Assembly: GCA_951406725.2 (NCBI GenBank)
Contig: OX597826.1
Coordinates: forward strand, 56,544,001 to 56,608,000
Direction: 5' to 3'
DNA length: 64,000 nt
Source: Octopus vulgaris
Taxonomy: Eukaryota
A program made the translations under genes and the position numbers. The notes under the pieces were generated by a model, which was given only the letters and a program-made list of their open reading frames with translations, had not been told where the DNA came from and made no database searches. Positions 1 through 12,120 of this stretch are shown piece by piece. How positions within the stretch are numbered: the stretch's first letter is position 1; each line of letters begins with the position of its first letter.

Positions 1-336
1 TAGTCATGTCTGGTGACCCCTTGACCATGGAATTGCTCCTAAAATATTCCCCTCCGGGGCACAAGTCTGGGCAAGGCTGTTTATGGAAGACGAGCAGTCG
101 CTCATGCATACCAGCCTCCCCTCTCCATGCCACCGATGTTATTGAAAAGAAAGGCAAAGGCCGATACATCTTGGCACCAGTGATGTCACAACTCATTTCT
201 ACAGCTGAGTGAACTGGAGCAACATGAAATAAAGTGTCTTGCTCAAGAACACAACACATAAACCTGTCTGGGAATCGAACTCACTACCTCATGATTGCAA
301 GTCTAATGCTCTAACCACTTAGCCATGTGCCTTCAC
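1..336 (-). mobile_element. tRNA-derived SINE with CORE-like domain (family B; OR-type octopus SINE-like), truncated by the window edge
   Basis: Minus-strand head gtgaaggcacatggctaagtggttagagc...gagttcgattccc (Pol III A/B boxes), then tgttcttgagcaagacactttatttc (CORE-like). Near-identical to 581-927. Confidence 0.8.
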
Positions 337-580
337 TAATCATGATTAACCTGATACTAAACAAAAGCAACACCGACCAGACTAGTCATTTTGCATCTGC
401 TGGTCTGGAGAGATGGAACTGTGGATGTTTGGTGTCTTATGAAGTGAAGGCATGAGGGCTTGGTGGATACAGTCTAGCACTCAGGATTCTCAGATTATGG
501 TTTTGATTCTTGGGTCAGGTAGTACATTGTGCTTTTGCACGAAACACTTAATTTCATTTTGCTCCAGTTCACTTAGCAGT

Positions 581-927
581 CTTTGGAGGAGGAGACCCCC
601 TTCGGTCATGAATGACCATAGGATGGCACCTAGAAAGTTACCCTCCGAGGCACAAGTCCAGGCAAGGTTGTTTATGGAAGACCAGCAGTCACCCATGCAT
701 ACCGGCCTCCCCTCTCCATGCCACCAATGTTATCCAAGGGAAAGGCAAAAGCCGATTCAGCTTGGCACCAGTGATGTCGCAACTCATTTCTAAAGCTGAA
801 TGAACTGGAGCAACATGAAATAAAGTGTCTTGCTCAAGAACATAACACACAGCCTGGTCCGGAAATCGAACTCACAACCTCACGATTGTAAGCTTGATGC
901 TCTAACCACTGAACCATGCGCCTTCAC
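581..927 (-). mobile_element. Family B tRNA/CORE SINE with target-site duplication, inserted into an older opposite-strand SINE
   Basis: Head gtgaaggcgcatggttcagtggttagagc...gagttcgatttcc. TTCACTTAGCAGT occurs on both sides (568-580 and 923-935). The host SINE head starts at ~444 on the + strand. Confidence 0.82.
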
Positions 928-984
928 TTAGCAGTAGATAAATAAAATAAAATAAAATGGCACTCTGCAAGTTATGATGATGAG

Positions 985-1508
985 TGGTCCAGTTGATCTG
1001 ATGAATGGAAAAGCTTGCTCATGAAATTAACATGCAAGTGGCTGAGTGCTTCACAGACATGTATGACCATAACCCTTTCATTACCGTATTTACTTTGAGA
1101 TGCTATGTGTTTCTGTCAATTAATTTTAAATATAACAAGGAATTTAGTAAATTAACTTAGTTGTCATTAAACTAGTGTTAGGAACACAAATTGTGACTAA
1201 GGTTTGGTGAAAGATTTTAATTCAGAACTTTTGTAAACAAGACATTTTTACTACAGAGCCAGATCTAGTTTCAGTCAGGTTTGTATCGAAAGGGTTAATG
1301 TTGTTCTCAAGGAGATTCAGCATGACACAAGATGTGACAAAATGGGTCCTTTGAAATACAGGTCCTACTCGTTTTCACCAGCAGAGTGGACTGGAGCAGT
1401 GTGAAATAAAGTGTCTTGCTTAAGGACACAATGCACTGCAAGGAATTGAATTCACAATTTTGCAATTGTAAGCCGAATACTCCTTATCAGTAAGCCACGT
1501 ACCTTCAC
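985..1508 (-). mobile_element. Older tRNA/CORE SINE interrupted by a TTAA MITE
   Basis: Degenerate head ending cttcac at 1508 and CORE-like gaaataaagtgtcttgcttaaggacac; the sequence resumes on both sides of the MITE at 1069-1298. Confidence 0.6.
1069..1298. mobile_element. piggyBac-type MITE, family P1
   Basis: Ends (a)taaCCCTTTC...GAAAGGGttaa; homologous to 15876-16093 and 35273-35502. Confidence 0.75.
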
Positions 1509-1639
1509 TGAAAATGAATAAACTCGTGAGGGACCAGTGACCTGTTCAAAGGAGGATTGTGATATTGGTCACTTTAAGCCATGAAGGCTGAGTAACCAGC
1601 TAAATGAGTGTTAGGACTCAAAGCAGAATTTTACTCTAC

Positions 1640-2242
1640 TTAGGTCTCACCGAGGAAATGATTAGAGACCGAGACCTTTGGAAGCATGCTGTGCAGGAGA
1701 AGACCTGGCAGGACAAGTGAGACCATAACCCATGGCCTCAGTCCACCTATGCATACCTTTCCCTCTTGGGACACAAAACTCTACTTGTGAAGACCTGTTG
1801 AGGCAAGTGAAATCAAAAGCTAAATTGATCAACATCAATGGAAATTGTAGCTGTGATACCAGTGCCAGTGGCACACAAGAGAACCATCCGAACATGGCTG
1901 TTGCCAGCAACGCCCTGACTGGCTTCTGTGCCGGTGGCATGTAAAGAGCACCATCCAATCGTGGCCATTGCCAGCCTTGCCTGGCCTCTGTGCCGGTGGC
2001 ACATAAAAAGCACCATCTTACCGTGGCCGTTTGCCAGCCTCATCTGGCACCTGTGCCGGTGGCACGTAAAAAGCACCCACTACACTCATGGAGTGGTTGG
2101 CGTTAGGAAGGGCATCCAGCCGTAGAAACATTGCCAGATCAGACTGGGCCTGGTGCAGCCTTCTGGCTTCCCAGACCTCAGTTGCACCGTCCAACCCTTG
2201 CCAGCATGGGAAGCGGACGCTAAACAATGATGATGATGATGA
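1640..2242 (+). mobile_element. 5'-truncated RTE-type LINE: ORF C-terminus, 3' UTR with 4 tandem ~63-bp units, (GAT)n tail
   Basis: 1643-1720 translates to GLTEEMIRDRDLWKHAVQEKTWQDK-stop (RTE-like DRxxW C-terminal motif), followed by a UTR shared with 2512-2748, 10726-11031 and 49331-49754. Confidence 0.75.
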
Positions 2243-2404
2243 TATACAATGCCTCATGAAGTAGAGGTGCACAGGACAACACCACTGGCAGTGGCAGCAT
2301 CAGCAGAAGAAGCAGCAGTAGTAACAGCTTCAGTAAAATATTTGATAAAAGGGAAAAGAGATTTCAGTAGCCTAGTTTCAGTGTCACTTCATTTAAGCCT
2401 AGTA

Positions 2405-2750
2405 CTTGTTCTATTGGCCTCTTGTTGGCAAACCACTAAGTGATGGGGATGTAAATACACCAACAGTGGTTGTCAAATAATGCTGGGGGGACAAACACAG
2501 ACTCAAATAATAAAGCACCATCCGATTGTGGCCGTTTGCCAGCCTCGTCTGGCACCTGTGCAGGTGGCACGTAAAAAGCACCCACTACACTCACGGAGTG
2601 GTTGGCGTTAGGAAGGGCATCCAGCCGTAGAAACACTGCCAGATCAGACTGGGCCTGGCGCAGCCTTCTGGCTTCCCAGACCTCAGTTGAACCGTCCAAC
2701 CTATGCTAGCATGGAAAACGGACATTAAACGATGATGATGATGATGATAC

Positions 2751-2783
<33 letters not shown>

Positions 2784-2950
2784 CGATGGGCTTCTTTCAG
2801 TTTCCATCAACCAAATCCACTCACAAGGCTTTGGTTGACCCGAGGCTATGGTAGAAGACACTTGTCCAAGGTGCCACGCATGTCACGCAGTGGGTCTGAA
2901 CTTGGAACCATTTGGTTGGGAAGCAAGCTTCTTATCACACAACCACTCTT
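2405..2950 (-). mobile_element. Family A SINE (tRNA-like head, internal TA/TG microsatellite) interrupted by an RTE 3' end at 2512-2748 (+)
   Basis: Matches the 40880-41291 copy on both sides of the inserted RTE tail, which ends in (GAT)n. Confidence 0.7.
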
Positions 2951-5900
2951 GCATCATGGATTCTTTGTCCTAAGTACTTTCTTAAATTTGTCCTAAATAA
3001 TTATGTTTGTTTTCGGACTTTTAGTCAGTCCTTGTTTCATATGTTCTTAGTACTATAAAAGTTTTTCTTTCAAAAGTGCCAAGTTACTCTGGTGGCTGGA
3101 AAAAGTTAGGGAATGTGTATTATCATATATGATGCACGGATGCAAAAGAAATATGTTGTGTATCATATATAATAACTGGGACAAGCAAAGTGAGAAATAT
3201 AAGATGATTCCCTGCCTTATTCTATGTGTTAACTTCAGCTTGTCCCATCTTGAAAAAATCCCCAAAAAACAAGAGGATGAATTGGGTAACGTAGTTCTCA
3301 ATATGCTAATATAGACATGGCATAATGCAGACACTGTTATGAGCCATGAAGGAATGGTCATGGTTGGGAAACCTCTGGTGACAGGTCGACTTGATCAAAA
3401 CAGACCTGGGGTTAAATAACATCAGTATTAATAATTGCTTCGTGTGACACACAGACAGAATGAAGGGTAAACAAGAGAGAAAGCAAATATTTGTACAAAT
3501 CAGTAGAGATAAATCTTTAATCTGTTTCGGTCATTAGACTGTGGCCAGACTGGAGCACAGCTTCAACTTATCTTCTTTGAAGTTTGATACTTATTTCATC
3601 AGTCTCATTTACTGAATGGCTAAATTACAGGGTTGTAAACAAACTAACACTGGTTGTGAAGAGATGGTTTTGGGGGTGACAAATACACACATACATATAC
3701 AATGGTTTCCATATAGTCTCCATTTACCAAATTCACTCACAAGGCATTGATCAACCAAGGATTATAGAAGACACTTGCCCAAGGTGCCACTTAGTGGGAC
3801 TGAATCTGAAACCACAGGGTGCAAAACAAACTCCTTAATCACACATAATCTACAGTTACATAACTCAGAGTTTGAAAGATGCTTGTGGTATTTAGAAGAA
3901 ACATATACCTATATGGATGCAGACATAACCGGATAGTTATCTAAGTTCACTTTGCAATCACAAGGGCCTGGGTTCAATCCATGGTGTATGAAACAACTGG
4001 GATAATTGTCTTTTACTTATTTAGCCTTGAGTCAGCCCAAGGTTTGTGAGTGAAATTGGGCAGATGGAAACTATAAGGAAGCTTGTTCGATAGATTGTAC
4101 CTATAATTAGAAAGTAAAGTGTATCACACACACATTGTGTCAAACTAAGTCTACCTGAGAATTACATTATGGTTATACATGCCTGAGGAATACTCAGCCA
4201 TATATATGCTAATTCAGTGAGCAGGAAATTTGATTGATCAAACAACTGAATAGTCGTTAGTGAAACTAATAGAAATCTATTTAGTTTTTAAAACAGTCTC
4301 CACCACCACCACACAGATTGTCTGTAAGAACAAAAATCCATTTGCATGCAATTACCATGGCTGCCCTGCCTTTGTCTTTAAAACTAAGGCTCAGGGGCCA
4401 TGACATGGTTCAGAAATTCACTTCAAAACCACATGATTTTGGGGTTCTGTCTCACTGTGAGATGCTTTGGGGCAGCGCCTTCTTCAATAGTTCTAGGTCA
4501 ACTAATGCTTTGTGAGCGAATTTAATGTGTACCCTTGAATTTGTGTTTGTCTCTCACTATTTGACAACTGGTGTTGGTTTGTTTGCATTCCCATAACTTT
4601 GTGGTTTGGTGAAAAGTGACTGATGGATTATGTACCAGATTTAAAATAATCACTGGGATTAAGTTGATTAGCTAAATCCTTCAAGGTTAGTGCCCCAGCA
4701 TGGCTGCAGCCCAAAGACAGAGACAAATTAAAGAAAATGGATAATACATTATCCAAGAACAGAACTGACTTGAAGTTCTAGGTGATTCTATCAAACCCTT
4801 TCGTTATTATATTTCTGACCAAAATACACCCCTCATGAGTTTCAATTAAATTCTAAAATAATCATGAATTTAGGCTTGTTTCATTGAATAACTGTAACTT
4901 TTTTACTTATCAGCATATTAATGTGATATTTGGAACATAATTAAAGAAAGGGTTCTTAATCAATTCTATTGCATAACTTTTGTCTGAAAGTGACTTTAAT
5001 TACAGGTAAATCCAGGTAAATTGAGCAAAAGGTAAAATATTAAAATTTTGTTTAAACATCACCATAGAAAATGAATCATCTGCTAATATTCAAATGGGTA
5101 TGCAACAAAATTTTGATAAAGAAGAATTGTGCACATCACTAGATCATCAGTTGAATTTAATGCACAACAGGTGTACCATAAAGGTGGAATAAACTGAAAT
5201 ACTGGAATCCACCACAAGTTTGACCGAGCTAAAGAAATCGGTCAAAAAATAATATACGGTCCTTGTTATGGTATGAAAGTGATAAATTCCAGACCACATC
5301 GTTCCCTAGGCCATGCTGACTAACATTAGTTTCCCTGTATAAAAACTAAATTCACAACAGTACCCAGTATTTGCTTCACAAATTTTCCAAACTTTGATCC
5401 CCCATTTTGTGTTTGATTACAATCTGCGTAAATTTATTTCCGAAGTGATCGCTTTAAACTAGTATACTGAAAAAAATAAAAGTCTAATGGTTTCGCTTCC
5501 TAAGAACGACTACAGATAAACTCTATCTCCTCAGAAAAATTGCTAATAAAAACATTTAAAAAGTTTTTTACTTCATTCCGATGTAAAATCGTCTTTGCTG
5601 TCACCATCGCCGCTTTGTTTCTTCGGAATCGCTGCTTTCATTTTTGGATAAAAAAATATCCTATTCATTATTTTGTACACCACGTGCCTTTGTACCTATT
5701 TCATTCTTTTTTTCGATATCTCCCTATTTTCCGTTGAAAAAGCTTTAAATTCGGAATCAATGCTTGATAACATGAAACTCCTATCCATTTTCAAAGTTGA
5801 AGAAAATTCGATGCTGGAAAAAATGTGGAAAAAAATCTCCCAAAATTCACTGAGTTGAGATATCACTTCAAGCAATGTCGGATACTATAATTCAACTATT

Positions 5901-6494
5901 TACAAAGTGAAATCACATGTTTTAACGAATGTACCAATGAGATTTGGGTTCAAATTTACATTTAAATAACAATTGGTTCTCTCAGCCAGCTAGGTATTAT
6001 GAACCAAAAACTTTTTTGGCTGGGTTAGTAACTGTCTGAGAATTATTTAGCCTGTCTATCTGCAACACCTGTGTCTTTAACAAAACTACTTGACTATAAA
6101 GAAGCCACAGTCTACTCAGCCGTATATATGGCACCATAGATTATATAAAGCAATGCTTACTAATCTTTTAGGGATGGTGATTCATATTTCATAGAACATA
6201 TTCGGGCTTGTGTGAGAGTAAAAACAAATGTAATTAATGTTTAATTTTCATTAATCTACAAATGCAAAAATTAACAGAGATAAAATATTCTAATCTCAGA
6301 CAATTTAGTGATACACTTGTATAATTTAATAGCATACAGGTGGAAAATACTGATAGAAGAGGTTACAGATGTAGATAGTAGGGATTTATAGTTTTTTGGC
6401 CATGCTGCAGTACTGACATCATAGATTTAGTTGGTTGTAACAATCCCAGGACATATTTTTCTCTGATACATATTTTATCAGTTCTCTTAGTTAT

Positions 6495-6649
6495 GGTGTG
6501 GCTCTATGGTAAGAAATTTGTTTCCCAACCACATGGTTCCGGGTTCTGCCCCCACTGCGTGGCACCTTGGGCAAGTGTTTTCTACTATAGCTTTAAGCTG
6601 ACTAAAGCCTTGTGAATGGATTTAATAGACGGATACTGAAAAAAGCCTG

Positions 6650-6708
<59 letters not shown>

Positions 6709-6965
6709 GTGTGTGTGTGTGTGTGTGTGTGTGGTTGTGTCTGTGTTTGTCTCCTCATCACTGGTTGACAACCAATATGTTATGTGTGTTTATGTCCCTT
6801 TAACTTACCAGTTCAGCAAAAGAAACTGATAGAATAAGTACTAGGCTTTAAAAAAAATAAGTCCTGGGGTTGATTTGTTTGACTAAAACCCTTTATGGCA
6901 GTGCTCCAGCATGGCCACAGTCAAATGACAGAAATGAGTAAAAGGAATAAAAGAAGGAATAAAAG
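6495..6965 (+). mobile_element. Family A SINE with expanded internal (TG)n
   Basis: ggtgtggctctatggtaagaa...ggttccgggttc...ggcaccttgggcaagtg...gtgctccagcatggccacagtcaaatgacagaaatgagtaaaag. Confidence 0.78.
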
Positions 6966-6979
6966 CAAACATAACATAT

Positions 6980-7019
<40 letters not shown>

Positions 7020-7263
7020 ACACACACACAAACACATACACACACACCACACACATATCCATGTAAGAATGTATGTATGTTCTGAGTTTGTGTTTGTTGA
7101 CAACGTTTGCGAACAGCCATCTCCAGAACAGCTTCAGGATTGGTGAAGTCAATGTTACAATTATAGAAGATGCTTGCCCAAGGTACAGCACAACCATACA
7201 AGAGTGAATGGCGGGTCTTAACCACAACCATAAGTGCATCTGGCATGATTGAAGAGCACATCA

Positions 7264-7492
7264 TTAACCCTTTAGTGTTCACATTATTCTGCCAAAATTA
7301 ATCCGTTTTTATCCACATTGTTTTGAACTAATCCTGCATTATCTTGTAGCTATGAGATTTTGATGAGGTAGCTGTTAATTTTTAAAACGATATTGTAGGG
7401 TTGGTGTGAGAGACCAGATCTGGCCAGTTTGCACATAAAACAGGCAGAATACTTTTGGCCGGATATGGCCGGTTTAAATGCTAAAGGGTTAA
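7264..7492. mobile_element. piggyBac-type MITE, family P2
   Basis: TTAA-CCCTTTAG...CTAAAGGG-TTAA; homologous to 40769-41412 and 43863-44076. Confidence 0.8.
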
Positions 7493-7819
7493 ATAACGGT
7501 ACTTAGCTGAAAATCCACTGCACACATGGAGAGGAAAATTTGATAAACTGATTACTGCAGTTCAAAAGGTCTTTTACTCAATGTGTGGTTTCTGACCAAG
7601 CTAGGCTTGTCTTCAGACACTTTGTTTATAAAGGTAATCAATGTATGATAGTTGCAGAAAGGTGGTTGTAATCTTGTTTTCTTCATTTACAGCTCACTTC
7701 TATGCTATGGTGTGATGTTGCCATAAAAATTTCCTCTTAATCAACTGTGTGTGAATGTGTATGACAGATAGAGAAAGAAAGAGGGGAGAGAGAAAGAGAG
7801 AGAGGGGGGAGAGGGGTGC

Positions 7820-8155
7820 CAAAGAAGTTCTCAGCTAAGAGTAATCTACTATACCTAGCATTTGTTAACATCAAGAAAATCCTTTGGCAAGGCACCCTAC
7901 CCTATAATCAAGTGATCATGATGAACACTACAAGGAGGTGAATGACTTCTGTAAGCTATGCAAGTCATGTAGAAATTATATCTGTGCATGAGGGTGAGTT
8001 AGAAACGTCTGTAGGCGTCCAGCAAGGTTTGGTTTTCTGTCCCATCCAATTTATAGTAATTCTTCAGGTTGTAACAGAACTAGGATATATTGATGACTTA
8101 ACTTGCACTGGCAAATCTGTCAAAGATTTAAAAAAGAATTTTAAAAGTAAAGCCT
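7820..8155 (+). pseudogene. Degraded RTE-LINE reverse transcriptase fragment
   Basis: LLYLAFVNIKK (cf. LYLAFVDLEKAFD) and VGVQQGLVFCPIQFIVILQ...GYIDDL (cf. GVHQGSVLSPLLF...YADDL), with stops and deletions. Confidence 0.7.
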
Positions 8156-8825
8156 AAAAGCGATCATATACATGTATGTGTGTGTGTGTGAGAGAGAGAG
8201 AGAGAAAGAAAGAGGGAAGGTGAGAGAAAGAGAGAGAGAGAGAGAGAGAGGCACACACACACACACACATACATACACACACACACAGGCTGGCAGAGTC
8301 ACCAGAGTTATGTTTGGGTTAATTTATACAATTTAATCCAGTTACCTGTGCTGTAAGTTCAAATTCTTTCAAGGTCTAATTTACCTTTCATTATTTTGGG
8401 GCCAATAACATACCAGTCCATTACTGGGAGTCAATTCCTCTTCTGTCTCAGAAAGAAATTTGTTGTGTTCAGATCTGGAGAATGACGTATGATCTGCCAT
8501 GTTTAAAATGCCCAAGACATGCCATATGTCACAAGAATTTTCCTCCGTTTCGTCCCCATCATCATCACCAGAAGTAGCGGGAGAAGTAGCAGCAGCAGCA
8601 GCATTTTAAATCCACATTTCCAAGCTTGCATGGGTCAGATGAAGTTTATTGTGATACACACACACACACACACACACATACATGTGTCTGTTTGGTTTTA
8701 TGTCCCTTATTCCATGTTAGTATAGGGTTGACGAAACTTGTTGGCTGGGATACACTCTATGGAAACCTGTTTCTGACATTACAAGGCAAGCCTTCCTATA
8801 GACACCTTTAAAGCGAAGCAAGTCT

Positions 8826-8960
8826 GACTGACCAAAAGTAACATGGAGATGGTCCACAGAAACTGAGACACTGACAAACAGAATAACTGCAATCCATTAC
8901 CAAAGATCAAGATGGAGATCCCTTGTAGATGCCTTATGCATTAAAGGAAATGGGAAGATG
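8826..8960 (+). pseudogene. Degraded C-terminus of a second RTE-LINE lineage
   Basis: PKVTWRWSTE...RSRWRSLVDALC resembles the RTE C-terminal GRPKxTWRR...DRxxWRxLVxALC pattern. Confidence 0.5.
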
Positions 8961-9537
8961 TATATATTTATGTTACTTCATTTTATTTCATTTTATTTCT
9001 CTTGCCAATGTCGAGTGAATTGTGACCACTACCACTAATTCAAAAAGGAACAGGCCTGTCCCACACTGAATTATGCTGAGATTGCTGGGGTATTACATTT
9101 AGAGATCCACCACACATGCACACACACACATACACAAGGGTTAGTCCACATAAGGGGTTTCCAGGTCTCTCCCTGACATATGTATTCCTCCCTGGACAGG
9201 ACGCCAGTCTGTTGCAGGTTTACTAATTTTTGCCAGTTGGGTGGACTGGAACAACATGGGAATGAAGTGTTTTGCTCAAGAACACAACACATTGCATGAT
9301 GCAGGAATCAAAGCCATTCTCATACAATCATGTGTTCAACACCCTAACCACTAAGTCATGCATCTCCTCACACACACACACACACACATATCATTTTACA
9401 AATTAACATTTACATTTATGTATCATTACAATTCTCCTATTTGTTTGTTATTTGCTCTGTGTGTGTGTGTGGTGGGGTTCACATGTGTGTGTATGAAATA
9501 ATTATTTTTACATCAAAATCCAACTTAACTATAAGAT

Positions 9538-9877
9538 ATATTCTGTTGTGTCTGGGGAGAGTCATTTTATTTTTGTGCCTTATAACTTAACACGCTCACT
9601 GGTAAAATTTCCACTTATTTTTATTATCCTAAAATTTTCGTTGCGTCTTGCAACCTTTTCACTAGTCTTGACTACTGAAAACGTTGCAATATATATACAT
9701 ATACTCACTCATATATACATATACATATACACACACATAAAAGTCTTGACTATCGAAAAGGTTGCAAGATGCAACGAAAATTTTAGGAAAATAAAAATAA
9801 GTGGAAATTTTACCAGTGAGTGTGTTAAATTATAAGGCAGAAAAAGAAAATGACTCTCCCCAGACACAACAGAATAT
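9538..9877. mobile_element. Inverted repeat with 130-bp arms, probable Penelope-like element pLTR relic
   Basis: Arms 9538-9667 and 9748-9877 differ at about 8 of 130 positions. The spacer is a partial third copy plus TA/CA microsatellite. Each arm contains a hammerhead-like motif. Confidence 0.6.
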
Positions 9878-10164
9878 GCTTCAACACACGAACTCATATA
9901 AAGAATCTTGCAAACCAAATCCAAAAACGAAATCAGTTAAACCGAGGAAAGCAGAGCTAGATATATTACCTGTCACTCATGCCTAAGGTCTGAACACATC
10001 ACCATATTTTCCATATAGTACCGTATCTTAAACACACAGGAATAAAGCTTCATTTTCTCCAGTAACTATACAAACACTTGGGAGCCCGTATTCATAACAG
10101 AAAACAAAACCCTGTGTAATTAATAATTGAATATTTGAAGCTTTTGTTTGCAGGGCACACTCTC

Positions 10165-10377
10165 TTTCTTTTACTCTTTTACTTGTTTCAGTCATTTGAC
10201 TAGGGCCATGCTGGAGCACCGCCTTTAATCGAGCAACTCGACCTCGGGACTTATTCTTTTGTAAGCCTAGTACTTATTCTATCGGTCTCTTTTGCCAAAC
10301 CGCTAAGTAACGGGGACATAAACACACTAGCATCGGTTGTCAAGCAATGCTAGGGGGACAAACACAGACACACAAAC

Positions 10378-10408
<31 letters not shown>

Positions 10409-10521
10409 TACGACGGGCTTCTTTCAGTTTCCGTCTACCAAATCCACTCACAAGGCTTTGGTCGGCCCGAATCTATAGTAGAAGACACTTGCCCAAGGTG
10501 CCACACAGTGGGACTGAACTC
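10165..10521 (-). mobile_element. Family A SINE, 5'-truncated, young
   Basis: High identity to 40880-41291; tail ttttactcttttacttgtttcagtcatttgact. Confidence 0.85.
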
Positions 10522-10725
10522 AGGGTGATATTGTTAGTATCTTGTATAAGAAAAATTGGGTTCAGTTAAGCTAGTTTAAAGGAATCAAATTTTGCTGCCA
10601 AAAGTAGGTTGGATTTGTAAATACTATAAAAATTACCATTATGTTTTCAAGTTTGAAATTAGCTTGAATATCTAATGTGACTAATGCTGTGTTGAGTGTC
10701 TTCACCATCATCATTGTTTTAATAT

Positions 10726-11031
10726 TGGCACGTAAAAGGCACCATTCGAGCGTGATCGTTTCCAGCGTCGCCTTACTGGCACATGTAAAAAGATTTGAGT
10801 GAGGTCGTTACCAGTACTGCCTGACTGGCCCCATGCCGGTTGCACATAGAAAGCACCCACTACATTCTCGGAGTGGTTGGTGTTAGGAAGGGCATCTAGC
10901 TGTAGAAACTCTGCCAGATCAAGACTGGAGCCTAATGCAGCCATCTGGTTTACCAGCCCTCAGTCAAAATCGTCCAACCCATGCTAGCATGGAAAGTGGA
11001 CGTTAAACGATGATGATGATGATGATGATGA
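10726..11031 (+). mobile_element. RTE 3' end variant with (GAT)n tail
   Basis: ggcacgtaaaaggcacc units, gagtggttggtgttaggaagggcatc, catgctagcatggaaagtggacgttaaacgatgatgat. Confidence 0.75.
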
Positions 11032-11400
11032 TTTTGTCATGTTTGCATTAGTGGGAGGGAATTCATCTGGACAGATTTTCTACACAGGATGCTCTTCCTG
11101 TTACTAACCCTCAACTAAACCTCATGACCTGATATGTTTTCAACGAAGATTGGAAATGAAGGACACTGTTGTGCTTGATGGTTATATTTGTTTGGGGACA
11201 CACACACATTTGATTAGCTTCTTTCAGTTTCTGTCCAGCAAATCCATACACAAAGCTTTAGTCAGCATCTAGTCAACTTGGAAACAGGTGAGGGTTGGCA
11301 ACAGGAAGGTCATCCAACTGTAGAAAATCTGCCAACAAGTTCCATCTGACCCATGGGACCATGTAAAAGTGAGTGTTAAAAGATGATGAGGCTGATGTTG

Positions 11401-11435
<35 letters not shown>

Positions 11436-12120
11436 AAGATACTTGTCCAAAATGCCACACAATGGGACTGAACTCAAAACTACATGAATGGTAACCAAAC
11501 ATCTGAACCACACAGCTATGCCTACACTTATGTGCGCATGTGTGTGTGTGTATACATGTATGTGTGTATATATATACATGTGTGTGTATATATACATGCG
11601 TGTATATATATATATATATACATGTGTGTGCATATATATATATATATATATATACATGTGTGTGTGTATACATTTGTGTGTGTATATATACGTGTGTGTA
11701 TACATGTGTGTGTGTATATTATATTATACGAGCGTGTGTGTGTGTGTGTGTGTGTGTTCTAAATATATCCTCCAGATAAATATATATGTTGCCTTTATCA
11801 CAAACTGTTTCTGATTTTCTATGTGAAAATATATACTTAGTATTTTAAACACAACACTTGAAAAAATGTGCAAGAGAGAGATTATGGTCTAACAGGCATT
11901 GTCAGATTGACTTGTTCTTCTTACACAACATGGATGTGAAGTTCTCAATGGTGTCCCAGTAGAGTGAGTGAGCTATGGAAATTAAGTAAGTTAGTAAAAG
12001 TAATCTAATGTGGTCACACATCAAACGGTATAGAGAAATAAATTTTTAAAAAAACACACACATACACACATGGAAAAAAAAAATAATATATAAGTGATTT
12101 CAATGTATCAGCGGTATCTC

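Noticed and set aside
6-803. Pair of similar ORFs (GCLWKTSS...LAPVMSQLIS)
   Set aside because: They are antisense readings of two copies of the same SINE, not a duplicated gene.
1862-2080. CRISPR-like appearance of regularly spaced palindromic repeats
   Set aside because: The intervening sequences are homologous to each other rather than unique spacers, the context is a eukaryotic LINE 3' UTR, and there are no cas genes.
3051-3314. 88-codon open frame on the + strand after an AG
   Set aside because: No recognisable homology, and the phase is incompatible with the other candidate + strand exons; not supportable as CDS.
5481-5540. Minus-strand CTGAGGA...GAAA hammerhead-like words
   Set aside because: Stem II does not abut GAAA, and no stem I/III closure is possible.
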